From contig NW_021832639.1 of NCBI RefSeq assembly GCF_006345805.1, positions 1 to 42,993 on the forward strand: DNA of 42,993 nucleotides, given 5' to 3'. The notes beneath the pieces were generated by a model. It worked only from the letters and a program-made list of their open reading frames with translations, was not told where the DNA came from and did not search any database. Position numbers and translations under genes: made by a program. This document shows positions 12,042 to 26,000 of this stretch, piece after piece. Numbering within the stretch: position 1 is the first letter of the stretch; every line of letters begins with the position of its first letter. Source of the stretch: Octopus sinensis (Eukaryota).

Positions 12042-12335
12042 GAAAGTAATAATATAATAATAATAATAATAATAATAGTACTATAATAATAATAATAATA
12101 ATAAAATAAATATAATAATAATTAATAATAATAAATAATAATAATAATAATAATAATATGATAATAATAGTAATAGTAATAATAATAATCATATAATAAT
12201 AATGATAATAATAAATAATAATAATAATAAAATAAAAATAATAATATTAATAAGAATAATAATAATGATAAAATAATAATAATGATAATAATAGTAATAG
12301 TAATAATAATAATAATAATAATAATAGTAATAATG

Positions 12336-12366
<31 letters not shown>

Positions 12367-12368
12367 TG

Positions 12369-12400
<32 letters not shown>
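11525..12400. repeat. ~0.9-kb degenerate (AAT)n microsatellite
   Basis: Seen directly; abuts the 5'-truncated LINE RT fragment. Confidence 0.97.
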
Positions 12401-12663
12401 TGACTACAAAAAGCCGTTTGATAGCATCCCCCACACATGGATCCTCGAAACACTAGCCATTAACAAAGTAGCACCAACAATCATAAAATTCATAGAGCAC
12501 TCTATGAATAAATGGCAAACAGTCCTACACCTCCAAACAAAAGAGGGACTCATGAAAACCAAAGACATCCCCATTAGAAGAGGAATACTCCAGGGAGACA
12601 CGCTCTCTCCACTCCTTTTCTGCTTGGCACTGTCACCTCTATCTGATATGCTAAATAGAACTG
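12399..12663 (+). mobile_element. Non-LTR retrotransposon RT fragment (motifs A-B), 5' part of the LINE at 20585-22264
   Basis: Translation IDYKKPFDSIPH...RRGILQGDTLSPLLFCLALSPLSDMLNRT contains the RT motifs DxxKAFDS and QGDxLSP. Confidence 0.9.
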
Positions 12664-12833
12664 TATGGTCATGCGCTGTTTATCTTGATATAAGATCACT
12701 ATGTTGTGCATATATGGTTGCGACGCATATGTTTGGTATACCCTTATGAGACAGGGAGTCATGATGGATATATTGGGCTTCGCACATTTGTACCCCAGTG
12801 TCACTTCGATTGCATGCATTGCTCTCTCACTCA

Positions 12834-12917
<84 letters not shown>

Positions 12918-13333
12918 TGATAATAATAGCAATTCTTTTTCCTATAGGCATGGGGCCTGACATTTTGGGGGAGGGATGGACTCCAGTACGCAACTGGTAC
13001 TTAATTTATCGGCCCCGAAAGGATGAAAGGAAAGTATTCGACATCGGTGGAATTTGTACTCAGAACATAGCGGCAAACGAAATACAGCTAAGCATTTCGC
13101 CCGGCGTGCTTACGACTCTGCCAGCTCACCGCGTTAATAATAATAATAGTAATAAAAATAATGATGATGGTGATGATGATGATTACGTCGACGATAATAA
13201 TGATAATATTGTAAGGAAATTATTAGTTTTCGAACGAATTGAATCAAGTTTCCAGCACATTCCTTTTATGTTTTCATTTCATTACTTATTTATATAATTA
13301 TTTTCTCGTGTATTTTCTCTTTATCTTCTGCTT
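12661..13333 (+). repeat. Inverted duplication, copy 1 (partner 22262-22852)
   Basis: Near-identical reverse complement of 22262-22852. It contains a repeat end, (AAT)n, a SINE B copy and unique sequence. Confidence 0.95.
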
Positions 13334-13578
13334 CCTAAAAGAAAGAGAAGAAAAGGAAAAATGTCGAAAATAAATGGTAGAATTATGAAACTACATGGTG
13401 TAGCAGCATTTCTCTTTGAGAAATTGATTTGTTAGAGGGCGCTAGAGGGCCAAAAAACGGTGTACAGGATGTCTTCTGCGAAAACTTTTACAAAGTGAAG
13501 ACGCGGGTGGGGAAACAATCCGATTATCAAACAATTAAGCAAGTTTCTGGGTATGTACATGATTGACACAGCCATGTG

Positions 13579-13612
<34 letters not shown>

Positions 13613-14167
13613 TGTATGTATGTATGTATGTATGTATATGCATGTTTGTATGTGTATGTACGTTTGTGCGTATGCTAATTTGTGACTCTCTGCGGATTTG
13701 TGTGTGTGTATCTGTGTGTAAGTGTGTCTGTGTATATGTGTGAGTGTGTGTCTTTCTCTGTGTCTGTGTATGCATGTGTATGTTTGCATGGACGTGTATG
13801 TTTGTATGTATGTACGAGTGTATATATGTGTGTATGCATATACTATTTTTATGTATGTGTATATATATATATATATATACGTTTATATATTTGTGTTGCA
13901 GGATTCTTGATGTATATATATATGTTTGCATAAATATATATTTGTGTATATACATATATATATGTATATATGTATGTGTGTGTACGTGTATATGCGCATA
14001 TTCTTCATATAGGAATGCGACTACGTATGCGACGACTAACTTTATGTATTAATGACATGTAGGAGTAGATGCGTGTAGTTAATGAGGTGCGTTATATATA
14101 TGATATGATTATATATATATATATATATATATATTATATGAATATATATATGTATTATTATATATAG

Positions 14168-14210
<43 letters not shown>

Positions 14211-14540
14211 ATATATATATATATATGTATATATTATATATATGTATAATATATATATATGTATATATATATATTATATTTATGTATGTATATATATATA
14301 ATATATATTATGTATATATATAAATATATATATAAACATATATATATTATATATATATATATATCTATATGGTAAGCAATGTCTGTGTAAGCATGCGTAT
14401 ATACGTGTGTGTATATGCATCAGCCTTTGGCTTACGAACAGAATGTAGGTGTGGATGTATATAGGATATAAAGTGTGTTAGTGTATGTACGTCAGTATGT
14501 ATACATGTATAAGAAAATCTGTGTTTGTATATGTGTGCGC

Positions 14541-14573
<33 letters not shown>

Positions 14574-14839
14574 AGCAAGTATGGATGTATAAAAAAGTGT
14601 GAATACGTATATACATATATCTGTATTTCTCGGTGTTTGTGTGTCTGTGTCGTTATGTATGTGCGTCTGTGTGCACACGTCATTATATGCATGTGTGCGC
14701 GCGTGCACGTTATTGTGTGCGTGTGTGTGTGTGTGTATGTGTTTGTGTGTGAGCGTGTGCGCATGCGTAGGTTGCACTGTAATGTTGTTTGTTCTTTTGT
14801 GTAATGTTATTAAAAATCTGTTCATTTTCTGGATTACTG

Positions 14840-15820
14840 CAGGGTGGTAATAATGGCATCGGTGGGGAGGGTAGCGATGGTGGTGGTGGTGGTGGTGGTG
14901 GTGGTGGTGGTGGGATGGTGGTGGTGGTGGTGGTGGTGGTGGTAGTGGTGGTGACGGTGGTGGTGGTGGTGGTGGTAATGATGGTGGTAGTGGTGATGGT
15001 GGTGGTGGGGTGGTGATGGTAGTGGTGATGATGGTGGTGGTGGTGGTTATGGTGGTGGTGGTGGTTATGGTGGTAGTGGTGATGATGGTGGTGGTGGTGG
15101 TGGTAGTGGTGGTGACGGTGGTGGTGGTGGTGGTGGGGATGATGGTGGTGGTAGTGGTGATGGTGGGGTGGTGATGATGATGGTGGTGGTGATGGTGGGG
15201 TGGTGATGGTGGTGGTGGTGGTGGTAGTGGTGATGATGGTGGTGGTAGTGGTGGTGGTGGTGGTGGTAGTGGTGATGGTGGTGCTGCTGCTGTCTTCTCG
15301 TGATGCATGTGGTGGTGATGATGATGTTGATGGAGATGGTGTTGAGGAAGGCGACGCCCTTGATGGTGGTGGTGGGTGGTGGGGGTTCTCGTCGTCATTG
15401 TGATGGACATTGTAGTGATGATGATGATGATGATGATGATGGTGGTGGCGGCGAAAATGGTTGTAATGTTAGTGATGAGGGTGGTGGTAATGCCTGTGGG
15501 GTGCCTGGTGGTGGTGCCGGTAATGGTGAAGTGGATGGTTGTGGTGGTGGTGGTTGTGATGGAGGTAATTGTGGATGGTGGTGGTGGTGGTGGTGGTGGT
15601 GGTGGTGGTGGTGGTGGTGGTGGTGGGGCGTTGTGGTGTTGTTACTATTGTTAGCAGTGGAGGCGACGGCGGTGTTGGTGCTGTTACTGTTGTTAGTCTA
15701 GTTTACATGTGGGTGGTGGTGGTGGTGGTGGTATTGGTGGTTATGGTGGTGGCGGTGGTAGTGGAGGAGCTACAGTAATTAGGCGCACTAGTAGTGGTGG
15801 TGGTTGTGGTGGTGGTGGTG
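14840..15820. repeat. (GGT/GAT)n low-complexity tract
   Basis: Seen directly. Confidence 0.95.
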
Positions 15821-16012
15821 GTGAGCTGGTTCGCGCGAAATGCTTACCGGCATTTCGTCTGTCTTTACGTTCTGAGTTCAAATTCCGCCGAGGTCGACTT
15901 TACCTTCAATCCTTTCGGGGTCGATAAAATAAGTACCAGTTAAGTACTGGGGTCGAAGTAATCGATTTACCCCCTCTCCCAGAATTGCTGGCCTCGTGCT
16001 AAAATTTGAAAT
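15818..16012 (+). mobile_element. SINE family B copy
   Basis: gttcaaattccgccgaggtcgactt...cctttcggggtcgataaaataagtacc. Confidence 0.85.
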
Positions 16013-16025
16013 TATTATCATTATT

Positions 16026-16650
16026 GAATGAGATAGCTGCGCATGCCACCAAAGCGGTACTGGGGTACCAATATACGAAGCCCAGTACATCCATCATGAC
16101 TACCAGTCGCGCAAGCACATTCATCTCAGCCTTGCAGATGAGGCCCAGTTAGAATTTTCTACAGGTCGAGTAGCCCATCCCACTCAAAAGGTCCCCGAAT
16201 AAGGTTTGTTTACGGATGATGAACGAAACGCTCGTGTTTCCAGAGGTGAATTATTCAAAGAATCCCTCTCAACAGAAAGGGCCCTGACACACATTTATTT
16301 AAAGATGATGAACGAAGCCTCCATATTTAATTTTCTTTAGATCAAGCAACCCGTCCCGATCAAAAGGTCTCTGGGTAAAAGTTGTTTAGAGATGAGAAAT
16401 GAAACAGCCATGTTTCTGTTACTCAAACCCCAAAGAATACCTAGTGCTCCCCCACTATTCCTGCTCGTGATCAGAGATGCACATATCACCAGCCCCTAAA
16501 AAACAAGCTCAACTGGTTAAGATCAAAGTGATAAGCAAATCTATGGTTTTGAGCAGAATATTTGTGCATCTTTAACACTAAGACAAAACATATACATGTT
16601 AACACTTCCGGTCACTTACGATCAAAAGCCATGAGAGCCACTGCCTGGAC
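16026..16650. mobile_element. ~0.6-kb non-coding interspersed repeat flanked by (ATT)n
   Basis: Collinear with 22681-23067 plus 26571-26732 (gtttccagaggtgaattattc, gtgatcagagat, gagcagaatatttg). Confidence 0.8.
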
Positions 16651-16799
16651 ATTATTATTATTGTTATTGTTTCTGCCGAGGTCAACTCTGCCTTTCATCC
16701 TTTCGGGTCGGTAACATCGGTACCAGCTGAAAACTGGGGCTGGCGTAATCGACTTGTATCTTTCCACCAAAATTTCAGTCCTTATGCCTATAGTAGAAA

Positions 16800-16803
16800 T
16801 TAC

Positions 16804-16895
<92 letters not shown>

Positions 16896-16927
16896 TATTT
16901 TTATTATTTTTTTATTATTATTATATT

Positions 16928-16958
<31 letters not shown>

Positions 16959-17030
16959 TTTTTATTATTATTATTATTATTATTATTTTTATTTTTATTT
17001 ATATTATTTATTATTATTATTATTATATTA

Positions 17031-17072
<42 letters not shown>

Positions 17073-17171
17073 TTATTATTATTATTTTTATTTATTATTT
17101 TTATTATTATTATCATTATTTTTATTATTATTATTATTATTATTTTTGTTATTATTATTATTATTATGGAG

Positions 17172-17202
<31 letters not shown>

Positions 17203-17902
17203 TGATGATGATGGTGATGACGATGATGATGATGATGCTGCTGATGATGATGATGATGACGATGATGATGATGCTGCTGCTGCTGATGATGATGATGATG
17301 ATAGTGATGAAGTGGAGGAGGAGGACGACGACGACTACGGCTACGACCAAGCAAGGTAACCCGTGATAAGGATGATTATGATGATGATGATGATGCTGAG
17401 TAGGGGGATCAGGGCGAGGAGGAGGAGAAGGAGGAGAAAGAAGTGGAGGTGGAGGAGGAGGAATAGGGGGCGGATATGTTGGGCACATAATTCGTTTCCC
17501 TGCAAAGATTAGCCTCCTAAACCAGTCTTGTAGTTTCTTTTAAAAGGATTTCATGCGTTTGACACGTTCCGTTTTTTTCTCCGGGTATTTCCCTTCCCAC
17601 CCGTTTCTTTGCAAATCGATAACGGAATGGTTTGATGAGGTCTTGATCAGTGAAGGCCTCCTTCCTTGGTTCAGGGACATTATGAAGATTTATGGAGAAG
17701 TGGCGAGGGTTCGATACGGGCCCAGCGACTGAGGGTTGTTGTTGCTGTTGTTGTTTCTTGCTGCTGCTGCTGCTGCTGCTGCTGGTAGTGGTGCTTATGA
17801 TGATGATTTTGAGGATGGTGATGAGGACGACGATGGTGGTGCTGATGATGAGGGTGATGATGACGATGATGACGATGACGATGATGACGACGACGATACG
17901 AC

Positions 17903-17948
<46 letters not shown>

Positions 17949-18237
17949 CGGATGGTATTGCTGTTGATGATAATGATGATGGCGCTGATGAGGATGATAT
18001 TGATGACGATATTGCTGCTACTGATGATGATGTTGATGATGGCGCTGATAATGATGATGATGATGTTGCTGATGATGATAATGGTGATGGAGATGACGAC
18101 GATGAACATCAAAATGATTATGATGATGGTGTATATATATATCTATACATATCTATATAATATATATATTAATATATATATATATATATAGATACATACA
18201 TACTACATATATGTATATATATGTATGTATATATATA

Positions 18238-18315
<78 letters not shown>

Positions 18316-18910
18316 GAAGGTGATGATGATGTTAATGGTGGTGATTACGATATTAATAATTATAGTGATGATGATGTTGAAGAAGTGCGTGATGGTGATG
18401 ATGACCACTGATGATGATCGCGATGTTATATTATTCCTCTTAATATCCCCTTTGTTGTTGTTGTTGTTCTTCTTCTTCTTCTTCTTCTTCTTCTTCTTCT
18501 TCTTCTTGCTGTAGTTACTGCAGCAGTTTTGCTGTTGCTTCTGTATTCACTCGCTGGAAATGTCAACAGCAGCAACAACAGCAACAACAGCAACAATAAC
18601 AACAATAACAACAATAACAACAACAACAGGAACAACATCAACAGCAACAACACCAACTGCAGCGACGACAGCAACAATAACAACAACAATAACAACAATA
18701 GCAACAACATCATCATCATCAGCAGCGGCAGCAACAGCAGAAACAACATCATCAGCAACAACAACAACAAAAAGCAGCAACAACTTCAACAGCAGCAGTA
18801 GCAGCAACAACATCAACAGAAACAACAAGATCAACAGCAGCAGCAACAACAACAACAACAACACCAGCAACAACAACAACAACAACAACAACATCCGCAG
18901 CAACCAATAG
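16800..18910. repeat. Series of microsatellites: (ATT)n, (GAT)n, (GGA)n, (CTG)n, (TA)n, (CTT)n, (CAA/CAG)n
   Basis: Seen directly; interrupted by a unique island at ~17490-17735. Confidence 0.93.
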
Positions 18911-19719
18911 CAAGAAGAATCGACAGAGGCACCGTGATCAGGCACGGGCGTTGCCCTGTCAGTAATGGCTGCCAATTTTCTCTTAAATCATGTTCCTTCT
19001 TTTCCCTTTCCTTGTATTTGGGGGGAAAACAAGATTGCCTAATGTTACGTTCAACTCGACTCCTTAATCAAGTTGGCGCTCGAGATCAACAACAAACAAC
19101 AACTAAAATAACAACAAACATGATACAACACAAACTAGCGAGTAATTTCGTTCTACGCTGCTTTCAAACTGCGAGACATTGGTAGGCAACCCGTTTTACA
19201 AGACATTCTGGGGTCTTGAAAAGGACACGCAAAATAATTTAGACCTTAGAAATATCTCGGAAAATATCTTAATGGTTACAGCACATTAGAACACCATATT
19301 CTGGACCTCGTTATAAAATTATCGCACACGTGTCACAGAACATTCTCTTCACTTTTCAGATAAAGCAGAGAGAGAATGAGAGAGAGAGAGAGAGAGGGAG
19401 GGAGGGAGAGAGAGAGATAAAAAGAGATAGATAGATAGATGTCAGTATTGAAAACAGACGCATACACACCAGCACACAAACACACACGCACACACATATA
19501 ATGAACATTTTTCAGGAGCTTTCAGAGAATAATTAAGAACTAATAAACAAATATGCCTATATATTATACACTCATCATTAATGAAAGACAAAGATATATA
19601 TGTGTATATGTGTCGTCTACTATATGCCCAATGTGCCACACATTGGGACTGAACCCGAAACGATCTGGCTGGTAAGCAAATATGTGTGTGTGTTTGTATG
19701 TATATATGTACTCCCTGAC

Positions 19720-20119
19720 GTATATACATACGTACATACATACATACATTAATGCATACGTACGTTCATAATGCATACATATATATATAGATACTTACAT
19801 ACATACATACATGCATGCATATATACAAACATACATACTTACGTACATACATACATACTTACTTACATACATACATACATACATGCATACATCCATCCAT
19901 CCATACATTCATGAATACATACATACATACATACGTACATTCATACATTCATACATACATACATACATACTTATTTACTTACAACCAAACATACATGCAT
20001 GCATACATACATACATACATACACACATACATACATACATACATACATACATACATGCATACATACGTACATACATACATACACACATACATACATACAT
20101 ACATACATACATACATACA

Positions 20120-20150
<31 letters not shown>

Positions 20151-20160
20151 GTACATACAC
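19720..20160. repeat. (TACA)n microsatellite
   Basis: Seen directly. Confidence 0.95.
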
Positions 20161-20297
20161 ACGCACAGATATTTTCATACTTATGTGTATCAAATGGAAA
20201 GAAAATTTTGTTGGTTGGTCGATTCAGAATGAGTATAGTGCAAAATAAGAACATATATACATGTATGTATGTGTGTTCCGTGCACGTACAATACACA

Positions 20298-20335
<38 letters not shown>

Positions 20336-20584
20336 GATACATTCATAAATACGTACATACATACGTACATACATGCATACATAAAATTGTATATATATAT
20401 ATAAATACATATATATGTGTGTGTGTGCGGTATGTACAAATCTCTGTGTGTATACATGTACGCATATTCGTTCTCTATATATGTGTATGTATATATATGT
20501 ATAAATATGTATATTTTATGTATGTTGTATGATTATAATTTCTGCCCCCATTTTCATTTTTCTTTCATTGTATTTACTATTGTT

Positions 20585-22264
20585 ATTTTATTATTATTAT
20601 TATTATTCAGTAGTTTTATTTTTATAGCGTGCTTTCACTTCACTACCGAGCGCAGCTCTGTGTGCCTTGGGTATGTGCTGTGATTTGTTGTGATGCTCTG
20701 ATGGTTATTGTATGGAAAGTGTTCTGCGTAGGATGTGTGCAGTGCCTAGTAGTGCAATTTTCTGTATGTTATATGTGTTTGTAAGTCCTGGTGTTTTTGT
20801 TATGTATTTGTCTGAATATTTTCTTATCATGCCTAATGCACCTACTATGATAGGAATGTTTCTGTTTTAGGTTCCACATTCTAGTTACCTCTATTTCCAG
20901 GTCTTTGTATTTTGAGAGTTTCTCCATTTCTTTTAGAGACACGTTGTCATCTGCCGGTATTGATACATCAATTAGAAAGCATTTTTTTTCTTCATGATCT
21001 CTGACAACTATATCTGGTCTGTTGGCTTTAATTTCTCTATCTGTGTGTATCGGCATATCCCAGAGTATGGTTGCTTTCTCGTTTTCTGTGACCTTTTCTG
21101 GTGTGTGCCTATACCATCTTTTTTCTGTTGTTATTCCATAATGTTGGCATAGCTTCCAATGTATGTAGGTTCCAACTCTGTCATGTCTGTGAATATATTC
21201 CTTCTTAGCCAGGACTGGGCAGCTAGAGATAATATGATTTATTGTTTCTTGTCCATCTCCACATATTCTGCAGTTACTTGTAATATTTCTTTTCATTACA
21301 TGTTTTTGGTAATTTCTGGTGGGGAGGCTTTGGTCTTGTGCTGCATTAAAAATCCCTCTGTTTCTGCTTTGAATCCTGAGCTTCTCAACCATTGCTGGGA
21401 TTTTTCTTTGTCTATTTCTTTTGCGTTTAGTTTTAGTGCAGTATTTACCATGAAGGGGCTTTTCTTGCCATCGTTTTATCATGGCTCGTTGCTGTTCTAT
21501 TTTTAGTTGGATTTCATTTGTTTTATAGCTTTTGTTGTTTCTTCATCATCTTCTTCTTCTTTGTGTTTATTAGGTGGTATGATTTCTTGTTTGTATTTGT
21601 CAGCTTCCTTAAATACTGAGAACAGTTTTTTGTTTTGCTCGTGTTTTGCTGCTATCTGGATCAGTTTTCCTTCCTTCTGAAGTAGTATTTTTGCAGTCCT
21701 ATGGTGGTTATTTTATAGTAGTTTTCCAGCTGTATAAGGCCTCTACCACCTTCTATACGTTGTATATATAGTCTTTCTACGTCAGATTTTGGGTGATGCA
21801 TCCTAGATCCTGTCAGTATTTTTCTTGTTTTCCTATCTATTTTGGACAGTTCATTTCGTGTCCAGTTAAGGATATTGTAGCTGTAACTTATAACTGGGAC
21901 AGCTAAGTGTTGATACCTATTATCTTGTTTTTAGCATTGAGCTCTGTTTTTAGTATTGATCTAACTCGTCTATAATATTCTTTTTTATTTTCTCTTTCAT
22001 TTGTGTGTGTTGCGTCTTATCTAGTTCATGGATTCCTAAGTATTTGTAAGTTTGGCTTTGGTCTAATTCTTTTATTTCATTGGTTTTATCTAGTGTGATG
22101 TTGTTACTCTTAACTAGTTTTCCTCTTTTCATGGTTACTTTGGCGTATTTTTCTAATCCAAATTTCATATCTATTTCTTTAGTAAATCCATGAACTGTCT
22201 TTAATAGTGTTTCCAGCTGTTTGTCATTTGCAGCGTATAGTTTTAGGTCATCCATATATAAAAG
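20585..22264 (-). mobile_element. RLE-type non-LTR retrotransposon (R4/Dong-like), 3' half; frameshifted pseudo-ORF 22264->20705
   Basis: YMDDLKLY (RT motif C), KYLG (motif E), CRIC...H....C zinc knuckle, RHD, RPDIV...IDVSIP...EKLSKY (PD-(D/E)xK nuclease), C-terminus KIALLGTAHILRRTLSIQ*, short 3' UTR and (AAT)n tail. Confidence 0.93.
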
Positions 22265-22603
22265 CAGAAGATAAAGAGAAAATACACGAGAAAATAATTA
22301 TATAAATAAGTAATGAAATGAAAACATAAAAGGAATGTGCTGGAAACTTGATTCAATTCGTTCGAAAACTAATAATTTCCTTACAATATTATCATTATTA
22401 TCGTCGACGTAATCATCATCATCACCATCATCATTATTTTTATTACTATTATTATTATTAACGCGGTGAGCTGGCAGAGTCGAATACTTTCCTTTCATCC
22501 TTTCGGGGCCGATAAATTAAGTACCAGTTGCGTACTGGAGTCCATCCCTCCCCCAAAATGTCAGGCCCCATGCCTATAGGAAAAAGAATTGCTATTATTA
22601 TCA

Positions 22604-22680
<77 letters not shown>

Positions 22681-22852
22681 GAGTGAGAGAGCAATGCATG
22701 CAATCGAAGTGACACTGGGGTACAAATGTGCGAAGCCCAATATATCCATCATGACTCCCTGTCTCATAAGGGTATACCAAACATATGCGTCGCAACCATA
22801 TATGCACAACATAGTGATCTTATATCAAGATAAACAGCGCATGACCATACAG
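22262..22852 (-). repeat. Inverted duplication, copy 2 (partner 12661-13333), with a 74-bp internal deletion
   Basis: Reverse complement of copy 1; lacks the segment between the CGAC repeats at 13039 and 13113. Confidence 0.95.
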
Positions 22853-23067
22853 GTGGGGCCCAGTTGCAATTTTCTTCAGGTCGACTAAGCCACTCTGCTC
22901 AAAAAGTTGTTTAAAGATGATGGACAAAACACCCATGTTTCCAGAGGTGAATTATTCGAACCCCAAAGAATCCCTCTCAACACATGGCTATGGTGATCCC
23001 CCCCCCCCACTATTCCTGTTAGTGATCAGAGATACATATATTGTCAGCCACTAAAGGAGACGCTCAA

Positions 23068-26000
23068 TAGCGTGGAGCGAAAAATACCACTTTCGAAATT
23101 GGTAACTAAGAATCTATATTTTGTTACGAATTAAGGTTTAAAGAAAAGTGTATAACAAACTTTGCGGTTAAATATTTTTTTCAAGCTCTACAGCGGAATT
23201 GAATTTTAAAAATCGCTATTTTTGGTCGAATTTTGGATTTCATGGAACCACGAATACATATTTCTGAATAGCATAATGCAAAACAATAAATACAGTATCC
23301 TTCAAGGGTTGCATACGACGTTTCAATACAACTGACTAATGTCTTAAGGTTCCGCATTGACTATAAAGAGAACGGGAGCATGATCGTCTGTCCAGTGCCG
23401 CTGAACTAATCGTTGCGTGTGGACGTACGTCGTATGTTTGTGAAGTTTTCTGCTTTTGTACCTTGACTTTAGGCCATTGTATTAAAATTAACGATTGCAT
23501 TAAATTTAGTGTTGCTTACATTTAGTGATCACTCATTAGCCAATAATGCGTCATGATACTGAATGCCCAATATTTGGTACTTCATATGATCTTAGCGAGC
23601 GAGTTTTGCCAGCTTACAAGGACATACTAAATGTGTTTAATTTGAACGAGAAAAAGAAAAGAATGTAGCTAAGAAAGATCCTTCAATTAAACAAATTGTG
23701 AAGAGTGTAGCAGAAAAGATCGTTCTTCTTTGGCAAAAGGCATCCATTCCTTATGTTATAACTGGGTCAGTTAAACTGAAAATCTTAAACTTTTATCTAA
23801 AGTACGAAGCGTTACTAAAATCTGTAAAAAATAGAAAAATGAATGTGCTATAATTTCAAAGAAAGTGAAATGTGTTTAAAAACAATGAAACGAAAGATTT
23901 ATTTGACATTTCCTGTTATTTGTGTGACTCCTTTAAAAACTGCAGCTGTGGTAAAGACAAGTACCACAGAGAGAACAAGATTTTTTACATGATAAACAGA
24001 CAAATCGTAAAAATGATCATTGACGGAAGAGATCAAGCAATATCTAAACAGAACTTTCAGAGGTTGATTCGAAAGAATCGGCCAGATTACAGTCGTCCTT
24101 CTACGTCAGCAAAGGATTGTGAATTGATAGCGGTTTCATCAAGGAGTGAATCTGGAAATGGACCAGCAGGCGAAGATGAAGATTTTCCAATTCCATTTTC
24201 CATGAAACGAAAAGACATCAGCAAAAACCTAAGTTCAAAAATACGAATAAAACGAATGAAATTCCCAGAACTAGCTTCTGCCTGATGTATCAGACCGTGC
24301 TGCTGCACTTCTTACAAGTTCGATCATCATCGACTTAACGGCAAGTACATCTGGTGAAGATCGAAGGTAAGGCGGGAACGATGCAGAAAACGTAAATCCC
24401 TGCAGCAGGAAGGTAGGCCACACAAACCATTGTCTTCCGTGTATTTTTATGGCAGGAGGACACATCCCTCATTAGTGAACAAATAGGAAAACCATTTCGT
24501 AAGAAGAACACATTTCATTGATAGAAGAACCTGAGTCTCTGCTGTTAAAACGGGTTCTACAAAAGCCATTTCCGATGGTTTGTTGAATAATTTGGAAACC
24601 AATAACCAATCACGTGATAGCTGTAGGTTGCGACGGTACTGCAGTTAGTACAGGACCGAAAGGAGGCACCATTAGACGTTTGGGGGATAAATTGAAGAGG
24701 CCACCGCATTGGTTTGTGTGTCAGCTCCACGCAAATGAGCTTCCCTTACGCCATCTCGACGGAAAAACTACTGGGCCTCGTGGATTTCTTAGGCCGATTG
24801 GTAAGAAGCTGGAAGGATGTGAAATACTAAGTGTTGTGAAGTTTAATCAGATTCCAACGGTTTTATCATCAGTAGACAGAAACGATTTCAGCACTGATCA
24901 AAAATACCTTCTTGATATCCACCAGTCTCTTTCTGAAGTGAGTGGAGGCGCAATGACCCAGTGGTTAGGGCAGTGGACTCGCGGTCGTAGGATCGCGGTT
25001 TCGATTCCCAGACCGGGCGTTGTGAGTGTTTATTGAGCGAAAACACCTAAAGCTTCACGAGGCTCCTGTAGGGGGGGGTGAACCATGCTGTACTCTTTCA
25101 CCACGACTTTCTTTCACTCTTTCTTCTTCCTGTTTCTGTTGTACCTGTATATCAAGGGGCCGGCCTTGTCACTCTCTGTGTCACGCTGAATATCCCCGAG
25201 AACTACGTGTCTGTGGAGTGCTCAGCCACTTGCACGTTAATTCCACGAGCAAGCTGTTCCATTGATCGTATCACCTGGGACCCTCATCGTCGTAACCGAC
25301 GGAGTGCTCCTATATTATTATCTGAAGTGAGATGTTCGTCTGAAATGGCATTAAAGAACCCCGGCAAAATGGCACATGCTCGATGGCTTACAACTGCAAA
25401 TCGTATGCTATGGTTGTATGTTGCCACCGAGAATCCTCCTAACACGATGAAATCAATTGTTGCTTATCTAATAAAAGTTTATGTGCCAACTAAACTCAAC
25501 ACTTCCTCGGAAAATGGGGCTCTAAATGTGTTCAAGACGATTGAGTTTTCGAGAGAAATGGATGAAACAGTATTGGCCATGATAAACGATGAACGGAACC
25601 ACATTCGAGAATTAGGCCGGAGAGGCATAAGGCAGGTTCGAACACTGTATAAAGGGAAATCTGTGCGACCTTTCGTAATTCCTGCCCTAAACTTTGCTGT
25701 CTTAAACGACATAGATATAATTAACTGGCAGGACACAATTGTTACTGAACCACCTCTAACACAGGAACTTTCCGATGAAGAAATCGATGCCTTCATTCAA
25801 CCGTGCCACAACCACGCTGTGGAGAGATGTGTAAAACTCGTGACAGAAGCATCATCTAATGTTTGTGGTGAGAACAGTCGAGACGGTTTCTTTAGGAGTT
25901 GAATCGAATCAAGAGAAAAAATTCGGGTGTTCGAGAAAAAACAAGTACTTCCAATTGAAAGGTAATACAGCAATAATCAATTAGAATTGTTTAGTTTTAG

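Noticed and set aside
14478-15410. 310-aa Pro/His/Thr-rich ORF
   Set aside because: It is a translation of (CAC)n and (CA)n repeats, which lack stop codons by composition.
18529-18975. Poly-Asn/Gln/Thr ORFs resembling a low-complexity protein domain
   Set aside because: This is a degenerate CAA/CAG microsatellite open in several frames, with no flanking coding signal.
25078-25902. Intact 274-aa protein-coding gene
   Set aside because: It is a chimera of SINE sequence and a decayed transposase C-terminus.
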